In this document: one piece after another, positions 36,217 to 45,676 of the stretch
How positions within the stretch are numbered: the stretch's first letter is position 1
Layout of the letters: each line of letters starts with the position of its first letter
NCBI GenBank assembly: GCA_050874345.1
Contig: JBNMKM010000005.1
Span: 51,553 to 115,552, forward strand
Direction of reading: 5' to 3'
Source: Roseburia sp.
GTDB taxonomy: Bacteria; Bacillota; Clostridia; Lachnospirales; Lachnospiraceae
Length of the DNA: 64,000 nt
The notes under the pieces: model-generated
Seen by the model: only the letters and a program-made list of their open reading frames with translations
Databases searched by the model: none
Told to the model about the DNA's origin: nothing
Position numbers and translations under genes: made by a program

Positions 36217-37578
36217 TTAATTCCGGATTTCTGCAAGTGCTTTTTTAAACTGAACTGCAAATAAAACAGAGGTAAAGGTTACCGCAAGAATATCCGCGAT
36301 TGGTTCTGCCATGTATACGCCTACGGTTGGATTGGATACAACGTGAGGCATAATATAGATAAGCGGAAGCAGCAACACGAATTTACGGACAACTGCAACA
36401 ACAATGGAGTTTATTGCTTTGCCAAGGGAAGTAAAGGTCATCTGGCACGCAATCTGGATACCGAACAGGAACAGACCGCCCAGATAGATTTTTAACATCG
36501 GTGCAGTAAATGTAACAAGACTCGCATCAGAAGTAAAAATGCTTACGAATACGCGTGGAACAAGCTGTACAGCCGCCCAGAGTGATACGGAATATACTAA
36601 ACATGTAATCAGAAGTAAACGGAAGGTTTTCTTTACCCGGTCTGCATTTTTAGCACCGTAATTATAGCTGGAGATAGGCTGTGCTCCCTGACCGATTCCC
36701 TGGAGGGGCAGCATGGCAAACTGCATGACACTTGTTAAAATAGTCATGGCTCCGACTGCGATATCGCCACCGTAACGAAGCAGGGAGGAATTGAAGCAGA
36801 CGGTTATAACACTTTCACTTGCCTGCATAATGAAAGTGGCAAGTCCAAGTGTAACGCAGGGAATAATAACCTTAGATTCCAGACGCATATATTTTTTCCG
36901 AAGATGAAGCTGTGTTTTTTTCCCGCAAAGAAAAAGGACTACCCAGACTGTGGAAACCGCCTGTGAGATGACGGTTGCCAGGGCTGCACCTTTTACACCC
37001 ATATGAAAAGCAAAGATGAATATGGGATCTAAAGTAATATTGCAAATAGCGCCGATAAGAACGGAAACCATGGAAATGGTTGTGAATCCCTGTGCAGTAA
37101 TAAAAGCATTCATACCAAGGGTCAACTGCACAAACAGTGTCCCGAAAGCGTAGATACGCATATAATCGGCTGCATAACGGATGGTATTTTCGCTGGCACC
37201 AAAAGCCAGCAGTAAATCTTTGCTCCAGATTAGTAAAACAGCAGTCAGAATAAAAGAAATAATAATCTGGAGAAGGAAACAGTTGCCAAGTATTTTTTCT
37301 GCGGATTCATTGTCCTGTTTTCCCATGGAGATAGATGCTCTTGGTGCACCGCCGGAGCTGATGAGTGTCGCAAAGGCAGAGACAATCATGATGATTGGCA
37401 TACAGACTCCGACTCCGGTAAGAGCCAGACTGCCGTCACCGGGGATGTGACCGATATAGATTCGGTCTACAATATTATAAAGCATGTTGATGAGCTGAGC
37501 GATTACGGTCGGGATAGACAGCTTGAGAAGAAGTTTTCCAATAGGCTCTGTGCCTAAGAAATTTTTGTTATCCTGCAT
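36217..37578 (-). CDS. MATE family efflux transporter
   Basis: LLKLSIPTVIAQLINMLYNIVDRIYIGH N-terminus and a 12-TM profile. Confidence 0.9.
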   Translation of the reverse strand: MQDNKNFLGTEPIGKLLLKLSIPTVIAQLINMLYNIVDRIYIGHIPGDGSLALTGVGVCMPIIMIVSAFATLISSGGAPRASISMGKQDNESAEKILGNCFLLQIIISFILTAVLLIWSKDLLLAFGASENTIRYAADYMRIYAFGTLFVQLTLGMNAFITAQGFTTISMVSVLIGAICNITLDPIFIFAFHMGVKGAALATVISQAVSTVWVVLFLCGKKTQLHLRKKYMRLESKVIIPCVTLGLATFIMQASESVITVCFNSSLLRYGGDIAVGAMTILTSVMQFAMLPLQGIGQGAQPISSYNYGAKNADRVKKTFRLLLITCLVYSVSLWAAVQLVPRVFVSIFTSDASLVTFTAPMLKIYLGGLFLFGIQIACQMTFTSLGKAINSIVVAVVRKFVLLLPLIYIMPHVVSNPTVGVYMAEPIADILAVTFTSVLFAVQFKKALAEIRN

Positions 37579-37607
37579 GGATGATAGCCTCCTTTGGGTG
37601 TTTTGTG

Positions 37608-38042
37608 TTATTCATTTCGCATCTGGCGTGCATTCAATGCCATAGATTCGATGATTTCTTTGTAGATGTTCATGGAATCTTCCGGTATGTTCTGTGTGAG
37701 TTTCTGATTGAAATCCTGTTGCATTTTAAGCCCGGCTTCAAGAATTGGCTGGGCTTTTTTGGTGCAGGAGAGTAAAACTTTTCGTCTGTCTCCGGCAACC
37801 GTTCCTCTTTGCAGATAACCGGCGGTTACTAACTTATCAACATGAACAGAAACCAGGTTCTTTTTTATGTTTCGGAATTCACTTATTTGCTGGGCAGTGC
37901 ACAATTCCGGATTATTTTTCAGAAACATTAAAATATCAAAAGATACCTGTGGAATGTCAAACTCATGAAGAATGGGTTCGCACATTTTATTGTAAGCGTT
38001 TAGAGCGTCATGAAAAAATGCTACGAATGTAGATGGACTCAT
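37608..38042 (-). CDS. MarR family transcriptional regulator
   Basis: Winged helix: ISEFRNIKKNLVSVHVDKLVTAGYLQR...GDRR. Lies upstream of, and on the same strand as, the MATE gene. Confidence 0.9.
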   Translation of the reverse strand: MSPSTFVAFFHDALNAYNKMCEPILHEFDIPQVSFDILMFLKNNPELCTAQQISEFRNIKKNLVSVHVDKLVTAGYLQRGTVAGDRRKVLLSCTKKAQPILEAGLKMQQDFNQKLTQNIPEDSMNIYKEIIESMALNARQMRNE

Positions 38043-38226
38043 AGTGACACCTCTTTGAATAGTATTTATTTGAACTGTATTGAATGATACGGTATGTGAT
38101 TGGAAAAGTCAAGACAATTTTGGGGCATTGTATTGCAAAGAATCCTGATATATGAAAGAATAATGTCTATGTTACAAAAGACATGGTGGAATCAGGATAT
38201 ACTTAGAGGATGGGGAAATAAAACGC

Positions 38227-39195
38227 ATGAGAGAACAGCTTTTGCAGGAACTGATGGTCATATCAGAAGAGGAAAAAAAGTATCAGTCAGGGCAGGGAAA
38301 TATTGAAAAACAGTTGTATGCAAAGGAGTCTATCAGTGAGATTGACAGGGAACTGCTGTTAAAAAGAGGACGGCTCGTCACGGTGCGCCCGCACAGCCGT
38401 TTTGTGGATTTCCCGGAGCACAGGCACAATTATGTGGAAATCATGTATGTAGTGCAGGGAAATATCACACATATCATTGAGGGAAAAGAGCTGACCCTTC
38501 ACAAGGGAGATGTGCTGATGTTAAACCAGCAGGTACATCATGCAATCCGGCGGGCGGAATATGAGGATATCGGGATTAATTTTATTGCGCTGCCAGAGTT
38601 TTTTGAAATTCCACTTTCGATGTTGCATGAGAAAAATGTTCTAGCCGAATTTATTGTCGGTGCGTTCCGCCAGAAAAATCCCGTTTCCCATTATCTGCTG
38701 TTCCGGCTGCAGGAAGACCCACAGGTGGAAAATCTTATGGAAAATATGATTGTCTCCATGCTGCACGAACATGCGAATGAGGATGCAATCAACCAGTATT
38801 CCATGGGGCTTGTATTTTTGTATCTGTTAAATCACCTCGAGAACTTAAGCCATAATTCTTCGATGGATTATAAAGAAACAGTGGTGCAGGCGGTACTTGG
38901 GTACATTAACAGTGACTGCAAAAATGCGAATCTCACCAAAATCGCTGCCGATACCCATCAGTCCATGACAGTATTAAGCAAACTCATCAAACAAAAGACC
39001 GGATGTACGTTTCAGGAGCTGTTGCAGCATAAGCGGTTTGAGACAGCCGCACATCTTCTTGCCGAGACAGATCTTTCCGTCGAGGAGATTGCGCTTGATG
39101 TCGGTTATGAGAATCAAAGCTATTTTTTCCGGCAGTTTAAAGAGCGGTACGGAATGACACCGCGGAAATATCGGATTTGTCATCAGAATTATTGA
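38227..39195 (+). CDS. AraC family regulator with N-terminal cupin (rhamnose-operon regulator candidate)
   Basis: Cupin region HRHNYVEIMYVVQG. C-terminal double HTH ending GYENQSYFFRQFKERYGMTPRKYR. Confidence 0.85.
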   Translation: MREQLLQELMVISEEEKKYQSGQGNIEKQLYAKESISEIDRELLLKRGRLVTVRPHSRFVDFPEHRHNYVEIMYVVQGNITHIIEGKELTLHKGDVLMLNQQVHHAIRRAEYEDIGINFIALPEFFEIPLSMLHEKNVLAEFIVGAFRQKNPVSHYLLFRLQEDPQVENLMENMIVSMLHEHANEDAINQYSMGLVFLYLLNHLENLSHNSSMDYKETVVQAVLGYINSDCKNANLTKIAADTHQSMTVLSKLIKQKTGCTFQELLQHKRFETAAHLLAETDLSVEEIALDVGYENQSYFFRQFKERYGMTPRKYRICHQNY

Positions 39196-39207
39196 TAAAT
39201 GGAAAAT

Positions 39208-39257
39208 AAGGACAGTTTTTTAGCCGAATGAGAGCCTAAAAAACGGTCCTTATTTTT
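39208..39257 (+). terminator. long hairpin plus T-run between the AraC gene and rhaB
   Basis: aaggacagttttttag (39208-39223) pairs with ctaaaaaacggtcctt (39236-39251), one mismatch. The T-run ttttt follows at 39253-39257. Confidence 0.6.
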
Positions 39258-39299
39258 GTTATCCTAAGTTCAGAACAAAGAGAACGAAAGGAGCAGGAG

Positions 39300-40712
39300 A
39301 TGGGGACAAACTATTATCTGGCGGTGGATATCGGGGCATCGAGCGGACGGCATATGCTTTCCCATATGGAGAATGGCAAAATGGTGCTGGAAGAAATCTA
39401 CCGTTTCCCAAATGGGATGGTGGAAAAAAATGGCCATAAAGTATGGAATGTGGATAAGTTATTTCAGGAAATCTTAACCGGAATGAAAAAATGTGCGCTG
39501 GCAGGGAAAATTCCATACAGCATGGGCATTGATACCTGGGCGGTCGATTTTGTCCTGCTGGATGAAAATGACAGGCGCATCGGGGATGCGGTGGCATACC
39601 GGGACAGACGGACGGAAGGAATGGACAGCAAGGTATATGATATCATTTCTGAGGAGGAGCTATATCTGCGCACCGGAATACAAAAACAGATATTCAATAC
39701 AATCTATCAGCTGATGGCGGTCAAAGAGCAGCAGCCGGGACAGCTTGAGCGGACAAAATGTATGCTGATGATACCGGATTATTTTCATTTTCTGCTGACT
39801 GGCAAAAAAGTACAGGAGTATACCAATGCAACGACCACACAGCTGGCAAATCCGGTTACAAAAGACTGGGACATGGAACTGATGGAAAAACTCGGTTATC
39901 CGAAAGAAATCTTTCAGGCAATCCAAAAGCCGGGATATGAAGTCGGCGGTTTATCCGGTGAGATTCAAAAAGAAGTGGGATTTGACTGTAAAGTGGTTCT
40001 TCCGCCAACACATGACACCGCGTCTGCAGTGGCGGCAGTTCCGACGCAGGAAGACCATGCACTCTATATCAGTTCCGGTACATGGTCATTGATGGGAACG
40101 GAGCTGAAAGAGGCTGATTGCAGCAAAAGCAGTATGCTCCATAACATGACCAATGAGGGCGGTTATGATTACAGATTCCGCTATCTGAAAAATATCATGG
40201 GGCTGTGGATGATTCAGTCAGTGAAAAAGGAGAGCGCACCGGATTTGGGGTTTGAAGAAATCTGTGCACTTGCGTCAAAAGAAAAGATTGCATCTTTGGT
40301 GGATGTCAATGATGCGAGATTCCTCGCACCGGAGAACATGACGGAGGAAGTAAAAAAAGCCTGTGAGGAATCTGGGCAGCAGATTCCACAGACAATCGGA
40401 GAACTGGCAGCAGTCATCTATCACAGTCTCGCGGAGTGTTATGCAAAAACTGTGAAGGAGATTGAGACGCTGACAGGTATCACTTATCCGAAGATACAGA
40501 TTGTTGGCGGAGGAGCGAACGCGCAGTACTTAAATGAACTTACGGCAAAGGATACAGGAAAGGATGTCTGTGCGGGACCGACTGAGGCAACGGCAGTCGG
40601 AAACCTTGCGGCACAGATGATTGCAGCGGGAGAGTTAAAAGACTTAAAGGCGGCGAGGGCATGTATCGCAGAGTCGTTTGAAATGAAGATGTTTAGAAGT
40701 AAGCAGCAATAG
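39300..40712 (+). CDS. rhaB: rhamnulokinase
   Basis: FGGY kinase. YLAVDIGASSGRHML N-terminus. Operon context with rhaA and rhaD. Confidence 0.9.
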   Translation: MGTNYYLAVDIGASSGRHMLSHMENGKMVLEEIYRFPNGMVEKNGHKVWNVDKLFQEILTGMKKCALAGKIPYSMGIDTWAVDFVLLDENDRRIGDAVAYRDRRTEGMDSKVYDIISEEELYLRTGIQKQIFNTIYQLMAVKEQQPGQLERTKCMLMIPDYFHFLLTGKKVQEYTNATTTQLANPVTKDWDMELMEKLGYPKEIFQAIQKPGYEVGGLSGEIQKEVGFDCKVVLPPTHDTASAVAAVPTQEDHALYISSGTWSLMGTELKEADCSKSSMLHNMTNEGGYDYRFRYLKNIMGLWMIQSVKKESAPDLGFEEICALASKEKIASLVDVNDARFLAPENMTEEVKKACEESGQQIPQTIGELAAVIYHSLAECYAKTVKEIETLTGITYPKIQIVGGGANAQYLNELTAKDTGKDVCAGPTEATAVGNLAAQMIAAGELKDLKAARACIAESFEMKMFRSKQQ

Positions 40713-40731
40713 AACAGGAAAGGAGATTCAT

Positions 40732-41982
40732 ATGACAGGTTACGAAGCAGCAAAAGAAAAATACGCAGCACTCGGGGTAGATACAGACCTTGCAATTGAG
40801 ACATTGAAAAAGGTTCCGGTATCCCTGCACTGCTGGCAGCTTGATGATGTGATGGGGTTTGACAATGATGGAGGTCTGACCGGAGGAATCCAGACGACCG
40901 GAAATTATATGGGACGTGCGAAGACACCGGAACAGCTCATGGCAGATATGGAAGAAGCGATGCGGCTGATGCCGGGAACAGCAAAGTTAAATATCCATGC
41001 GTCCTATGCCATTTTTGAGCCGGGAGAATTTGCAGACCGCGATGCCTTAGAGCCAAAGCATTTTGCAAAATGGGTAGAATTTGCAAAGAAACATCATATG
41101 GGAATTGATTTTAACCCGACATTTTTTTCTCATGAAAAAGTAAAGAACGGACAGACCTTATCAAGCCCGGACGAGGAGACAAGAAAGTTCTGGATTAACC
41201 ATGGAAAGGCATGTATCCGTATTTCGGAATATTTTGCAAAAGAGACCGGAATGCCATGTGTGATGAACATCTGGACCGGCGATGGATTTAAGGATGTTCC
41301 GGCAGACCGTATGGGACCGCGTCTCCGCTATAAGGATTCGCTTGAGCAGATTCTCTCAGAGCCATATGATAAAAATCTTGTAAAACCGTGTGTGGAATCC
41401 AAAGTGTTCGGAATCGGTGTGGAGTCGTATACGGCGGGTTCTGCGGAGTTTACGTTAAGCTTTGCGGCAATGCACGATGGATGTATGCCGCTGATGGACA
41501 ACGGACATTATCATCCGTTAGAGTATGTATCCGATAAGATTCCGGCAATGCTCTGTTTTTATCCGGAATTTGCACTTCACATTACAAGAGGCGTGCGCTG
41601 GGATTCCGACCATGTGCTGATTTTAGATGACGAGACGAAAGAAATGGCAAAAGAAATCGTAAGAGATCATGCATTAAATCGTGTTTACATGGCGTTAGAT
41701 TATTTTGATGCAAGCATTAACCGGGTATCAGCACTTGCGACCGGTTTCCGCAGCTGGCAGAAAGCACTTCTGATGGCGTTATGCACACCGAATGAGATGT
41801 TAAAGGAACTTCAGGATACAAACCAGATGGGAAAACTTATGGTGATGAATGAGGCTGTGAAAATGCTCCCGATTGGAGAAGTATGGGAAGAGTACTGCCG
41901 CAGGGAAGGCGTGTGTGATGACCTTCATTTTTATGATGAGATTGAAAAATATGAGCGCGAAGTGTTAGTAAAGAGAGCATAA
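40732..41982 (+). CDS. rhaA: L-rhamnose isomerase
   Basis: 416 aa. VSLHCWQLDDV...NIHASYA...GHYHP are typical RhaA motifs. Confidence 0.93.
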   Translation: MTGYEAAKEKYAALGVDTDLAIETLKKVPVSLHCWQLDDVMGFDNDGGLTGGIQTTGNYMGRAKTPEQLMADMEEAMRLMPGTAKLNIHASYAIFEPGEFADRDALEPKHFAKWVEFAKKHHMGIDFNPTFFSHEKVKNGQTLSSPDEETRKFWINHGKACIRISEYFAKETGMPCVMNIWTGDGFKDVPADRMGPRLRYKDSLEQILSEPYDKNLVKPCVESKVFGIGVESYTAGSAEFTLSFAAMHDGCMPLMDNGHYHPLEYVSDKIPAMLCFYPEFALHITRGVRWDSDHVLILDDETKEMAKEIVRDHALNRVYMALDYFDASINRVSALATGFRSWQKALLMALCTPNEMLKELQDTNQMGKLMVMNEAVKMLPIGEVWEEYCRREGVCDDLHFYDEIEKYEREVLVKRA

Positions 41983-42006
41983 TTTAGAGAAGAGAGGAAG
42001 ACGAAC

Positions 42007-42828
42007 ATGAAATTTTTAGATGCAGAATTTGTACAGGGATTTATCCGTATGGCAAACGACGGCTGGGAGCAGGGCTGGCATGAGAGAAACGGTGGAAACC
42101 TTTCTTATCGTGTTAAGCCAGAGGAAGTAGAATCCGTAAAAGAAAACTTTGCGGCAAAGGAGTGGCAGCCGATTGGAACATCTGTTCCAAATCTGGTGGG
42201 TGAATATTTTCTTGTGACCGGAAGCGGCAAATATTTCCGCAATGTCATAATTAAACCGGAAGATTCCATCTGCATGATTGAGCTGGATGACAAAGGGGAA
42301 AATTACCGCATCGTATGGGGACTGGTCAACGGTGGAAGACCGACCTCGGAGCTTCCAAGCCATCTGATGAATCTGGAGGTCAAGAAATTACAGAACCCGA
42401 ACTACCGTGTCGTATACCATGCACACACTACAAACATCATTGCGTTGACATTTGTGCTGCCATTGGAAGATAAAGTATTTACGAGAGAACTCTGGGAAAT
42501 GGCAACCGAATGTCCGGTCGTATTTCCGGCAGGCATTGGCGTGGTTCCGTGGATGGTGCCGGGCGGCAGGGAAATCGCTGTTGCAACCAGTGAACTGATG
42601 AAAAAATATGACCTTGCAATCTGGGCACATCATGGCATGTTTGCAGCCGGGGAAGATTTTGACCTGACTTTCGGGCTGATGCATACCGCAGAAAAGTCCG
42701 CAGAGATTCTGGTAAAAATGCTTTCCATGAGACCGGATAAGCTGCAGACTATCACACCGGATGATTTCCGTCATCTTGCAAAAGACTTCCATGTGACACT
42801 GCCGGAAGAATTTTTATATGAAAAATAA
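42007..42828 (+). CDS. rhaD: rhamnulose-1-phosphate aldolase (class II aldolase)
   Basis: GWHERNGGNLSYR, VTGSGKYFRN, YHAHTTN, WAHHG. 273 aa. Confidence 0.9.
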   Translation: MKFLDAEFVQGFIRMANDGWEQGWHERNGGNLSYRVKPEEVESVKENFAAKEWQPIGTSVPNLVGEYFLVTGSGKYFRNVIIKPEDSICMIELDDKGENYRIVWGLVNGGRPTSELPSHLMNLEVKKLQNPNYRVVYHAHTTNIIALTFVLPLEDKVFTRELWEMATECPVVFPAGIGVVPWMVPGGREIAVATSELMKKYDLAIWAHHGMFAAGEDFDLTFGLMHTAEKSAEILVKMLSMRPDKLQTITPDDFRHLAKDFHVTLPEEFLYEK

Positions 42829-42831
42829 CAG

Positions 42832-44022
42832 CTAGTATGAGCGATATGTGGATGGAGTCATCCCATATCGCTTTTTAAATACTTTCACGAAGTAATTACT
42901 GTCAGGATACCCCACGTACATTGCAATTTCCGCAATGGAAAGCTTAGAAGTTTTTAAGAGCTCGGCGGCTTTTTTGGTGCGTAAATCCCTTATATATGTA
43001 GTCAGTGGAACACCCAGTTCTTTTTTAAACAGACGGGACAGGTGCTCTTCGCTTACATGGTTTCGGTCCGATAATTCATGCAGGGAAATATCCTGTGTAT
43101 AGTTAATCGAGATATAGTTTAAGACATCCCGGATAACAGGAGAGTATTGTGCCATATGCTTTGTATCCTGGACAGCCTGGGTCAATCGTATCAGCATCTC
43201 TTTTTGAATCTTATCCAGTTCCGAACTGGTTCTTGCAGAAGCAAATTGCTGGATGATCTCCCGTGTGATTTCATCTATTTTTACCACAGGACAGCCGCCA
43301 GACTCAGCTGCTTTTCTGGCAAGGGTTCTCAGTATGGCAAAACCGTTCCAGTCAGTAGAATACAAGGAACGCTGTGATTGGGAGGTGTTGGCATAATAGT
43401 TGCTTGCAATACTCTCAAAAGCCATACGGACTCCGGCGACATCCCCATCTGATATTTTTCTGAGAAAATAATTTTCTGTTTCGTATCGGTCCATTATCTG
43501 ATAATAGGTATTATTGGATTCCCAAATCAGCTTATCGGTCTTGATTTCCTCATGGAACCCTGTCAGCTTTCGATAAGAATATTCAGGAGTATTTGGGAGA
43601 AACGTACGCATAGCGGCAAGTACCGTACCGTGAATCATAGAATAACTAAGCTGGGGGAACTGGTTGTAGTATAGCTTTAGTGATAGTAAAATGCTTGCAG
43701 GGAGCTTGTGGGATGCCAATAGTTCCTGCATTTCCTGTGAGGAAAAAGTATTTTTTACATAGGGTCCCAGCAGGTAATAGTGATTGTCAAAGCAAAACAG
43801 AAGCAGATTTGTATCCAGATAATCTGTAATCTCATAGAAAACTTCTTTTTTGGCATTTTCCAGCAGATAACGCAGATATTCTGCTGTGTACATCGGCTGA
43901 AGTGTTTTCTCAAAACAATTTTGCTGTTCAAAGGAAGTAAGAGAGGTATTATCTCCTGAGATACTGCAAATCTGGATGCTTAGGATGTTTGTGATAAATC
44001 CCATGAAAATTTTTTCGTTCAT
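42832..44022 (-). CDS. AraC family transcriptional regulator, divergent from the glycoside-utilisation operon
   Basis: C-terminal double HTH (LHELSDRNHVSEEHLSRLFKKELG...GYPDSNYFVKVFKKRYGMTPSTYR). The N-domain is uncharacterised. Confidence 0.85.
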   Translation of the reverse strand: MNEKIFMGFITNILSIQICSISGDNTSLTSFEQQNCFEKTLQPMYTAEYLRYLLENAKKEVFYEITDYLDTNLLLFCFDNHYYLLGPYVKNTFSSQEMQELLASHKLPASILLSLKLYYNQFPQLSYSMIHGTVLAAMRTFLPNTPEYSYRKLTGFHEEIKTDKLIWESNNTYYQIMDRYETENYFLRKISDGDVAGVRMAFESIASNYYANTSQSQRSLYSTDWNGFAILRTLARKAAESGGCPVVKIDEITREIIQQFASARTSSELDKIQKEMLIRLTQAVQDTKHMAQYSPVIRDVLNYISINYTQDISLHELSDRNHVSEEHLSRLFKKELGVPLTTYIRDLRTKKAAELLKTSKLSIAEIAMYVGYPDSNYFVKVFKKRYGMTPSTYRSY

Positions 44023-44188
44023 TCGATATCCCCTATCTGATATTGGTGCAGGAAGTGCGCCGCGATTTTATAAATATATCAAAATAATGCTAGTTTAATC
44101 AAATATGTTCTAACTATATCATAAACCATATGCTATTGTAAATACAGATAACAAAACATCTTTAATGCAAAGATAGATGGAGGTTTTT

Positions 44189-45673
44189 ATGGGGAAAGAA
44201 AAGAAATTAACGCAAAGTGAAATTGACGGTGTGCAGTATCGTCGCGCAAAGCTATGGCAGATTATTCTGTATTCCTGTAATGCAATGGTGGGAATGTCGG
44301 TATATTCATTAATTGGAATGGCAAGCTACAGTGCCAGTGTGGGATATGGTATTTCAACAGCAATTATTGGAATTATTCTGACATGCACACGTATTTTTGA
44401 TGGAGTAACAGATCCGGTATTAGCACTTATCTATGATAAGGTAAACACAAAATTCGGAAGACTCAGGGTGCTTCTGATAGCAGGCTTTATGATTGAAGCA
44501 ATTGCACTCCTTGCAATGTTTGATGTATTTTCATCAAAGGGACATGGAATTATTGTATTTACATTGCTTTATGTTATCTACGTAATTGGATACACAATTA
44601 CAAACATAACAGCGCAGACATTACCGGCAATCATGACAAATGACCCGAAACAGCGTCCTACAATTGGAGTATGGCAGACAGCCTTTAACTATCTGGTGCC
44701 GATGGTTATGACAGTTGTGCTTAACATGTGGCTTCTTAAAAAATATGGTGGTACCTACAATCAGGATTTCTTATCAGCAGCAGTTCGCATCTGTATGATT
44801 GTAGCAGCAGTTGGTACCGTGCTTGTCTGCATTGGTATCTCAGAATATGACAAGCCGGAGTACTATCTTGGAATCAAGAAACAGGAGCCGCTTAAGGTGA
44901 AGGATATGCTTGAGGTATTAAAAGGAAATAAACCGTTACAGGCATATATCGCAGCGCAGGCATCTGACAAAATTGCACAGCAGACAGCATCACAGGCAGT
45001 CATCACAACAATGCTCTTTGGTATCATTATTGGTGATATGAGTCTTGCCACAATGCTCTCTGTAATAAGTATGCTTCCATCGATTGTATTTGCAGGCTTT
45101 GGAGCTAAATATGCCGGAAAATATGGCAGTAAAAATGCAATTGTGACATGGACAAAAATCTGTATGGTCGTTGCAGCGATATCGCTTGTTTTCTTTATTG
45201 TAATCGATCCAAATACAATTTCCACATTTGGATTTACAATGATAGCATATGTAGTGCTCACGCTTGTATTAAATGGAGCAAAAATGTGTGTTACCACAGC
45301 GGATGTGTCATTTATGGCAGATATCGTAGACTATGAGCTTGACAGAAGCGGCAGATATGTACCTGCTGTTATCACAGGAACTTACAGCTTAATAGACAAG
45401 CTGATTTCTTCCCTGTCAGCATTAATTGCGACCGGTGCGGTTGCAATTATTGGATATACAAACAGCATGCCTCAGCCAAATGAGCCGCTTACAACGCCTA
45501 TTTTCGTGGTGACGATGGCAATATATTTTGGATTGCCGTTAATTGGATGGATTGTGACTCTTATAGCCATGAAGAATTGTAAGCTCACAAAGGAAGAGAT
45601 GGTTGAAGTACAGAAGAGAATTGAGACAAAGAAAAAAGAGATGAAAGAAGAAACAATAAAGGAGTACGTGTAA
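44189..45673 (+). CDS. GPH-family (glycoside-pentoside-hexuronide) cation symporter
   Basis: 12-TM MFS-like profile. ILTCTRIFDGVTDPVLALIYD is the GPH signature loop. Start at ATG 44189, 5 nt after GGAGG. Confidence 0.85.
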   Translation: MGKEKKLTQSEIDGVQYRRAKLWQIILYSCNAMVGMSVYSLIGMASYSASVGYGISTAIIGIILTCTRIFDGVTDPVLALIYDKVNTKFGRLRVLLIAGFMIEAIALLAMFDVFSSKGHGIIVFTLLYVIYVIGYTITNITAQTLPAIMTNDPKQRPTIGVWQTAFNYLVPMVMTVVLNMWLLKKYGGTYNQDFLSAAVRICMIVAAVGTVLVCIGISEYDKPEYYLGIKKQEPLKVKDMLEVLKGNKPLQAYIAAQASDKIAQQTASQAVITTMLFGIIIGDMSLATMLSVISMLPSIVFAGFGAKYAGKYGSKNAIVTWTKICMVVAAISLVFFIVIDPNTISTFGFTMIAYVVLTLVLNGAKMCVTTADVSFMADIVDYELDRSGRYVPAVITGTYSLIDKLISSLSALIATGAVAIIGYTNSMPQPNEPLTTPIFVVTMAIYFGLPLIGWIVTLIAMKNCKLTKEEMVEVQKRIETKKKEMKEETIKEYV

Positions 45674-45676
45674 AAT

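Noticed and set aside
38142-38198. Nested inverted repeats (atcctgat...atcaggat enclosing atgtct...agacat) upstream of the AraC gene
   Set aside because: The arms are short (8 and 6 bp) in AT-rich DNA. This could be a 5'-UTR structure or operator, but it is too weak to call.
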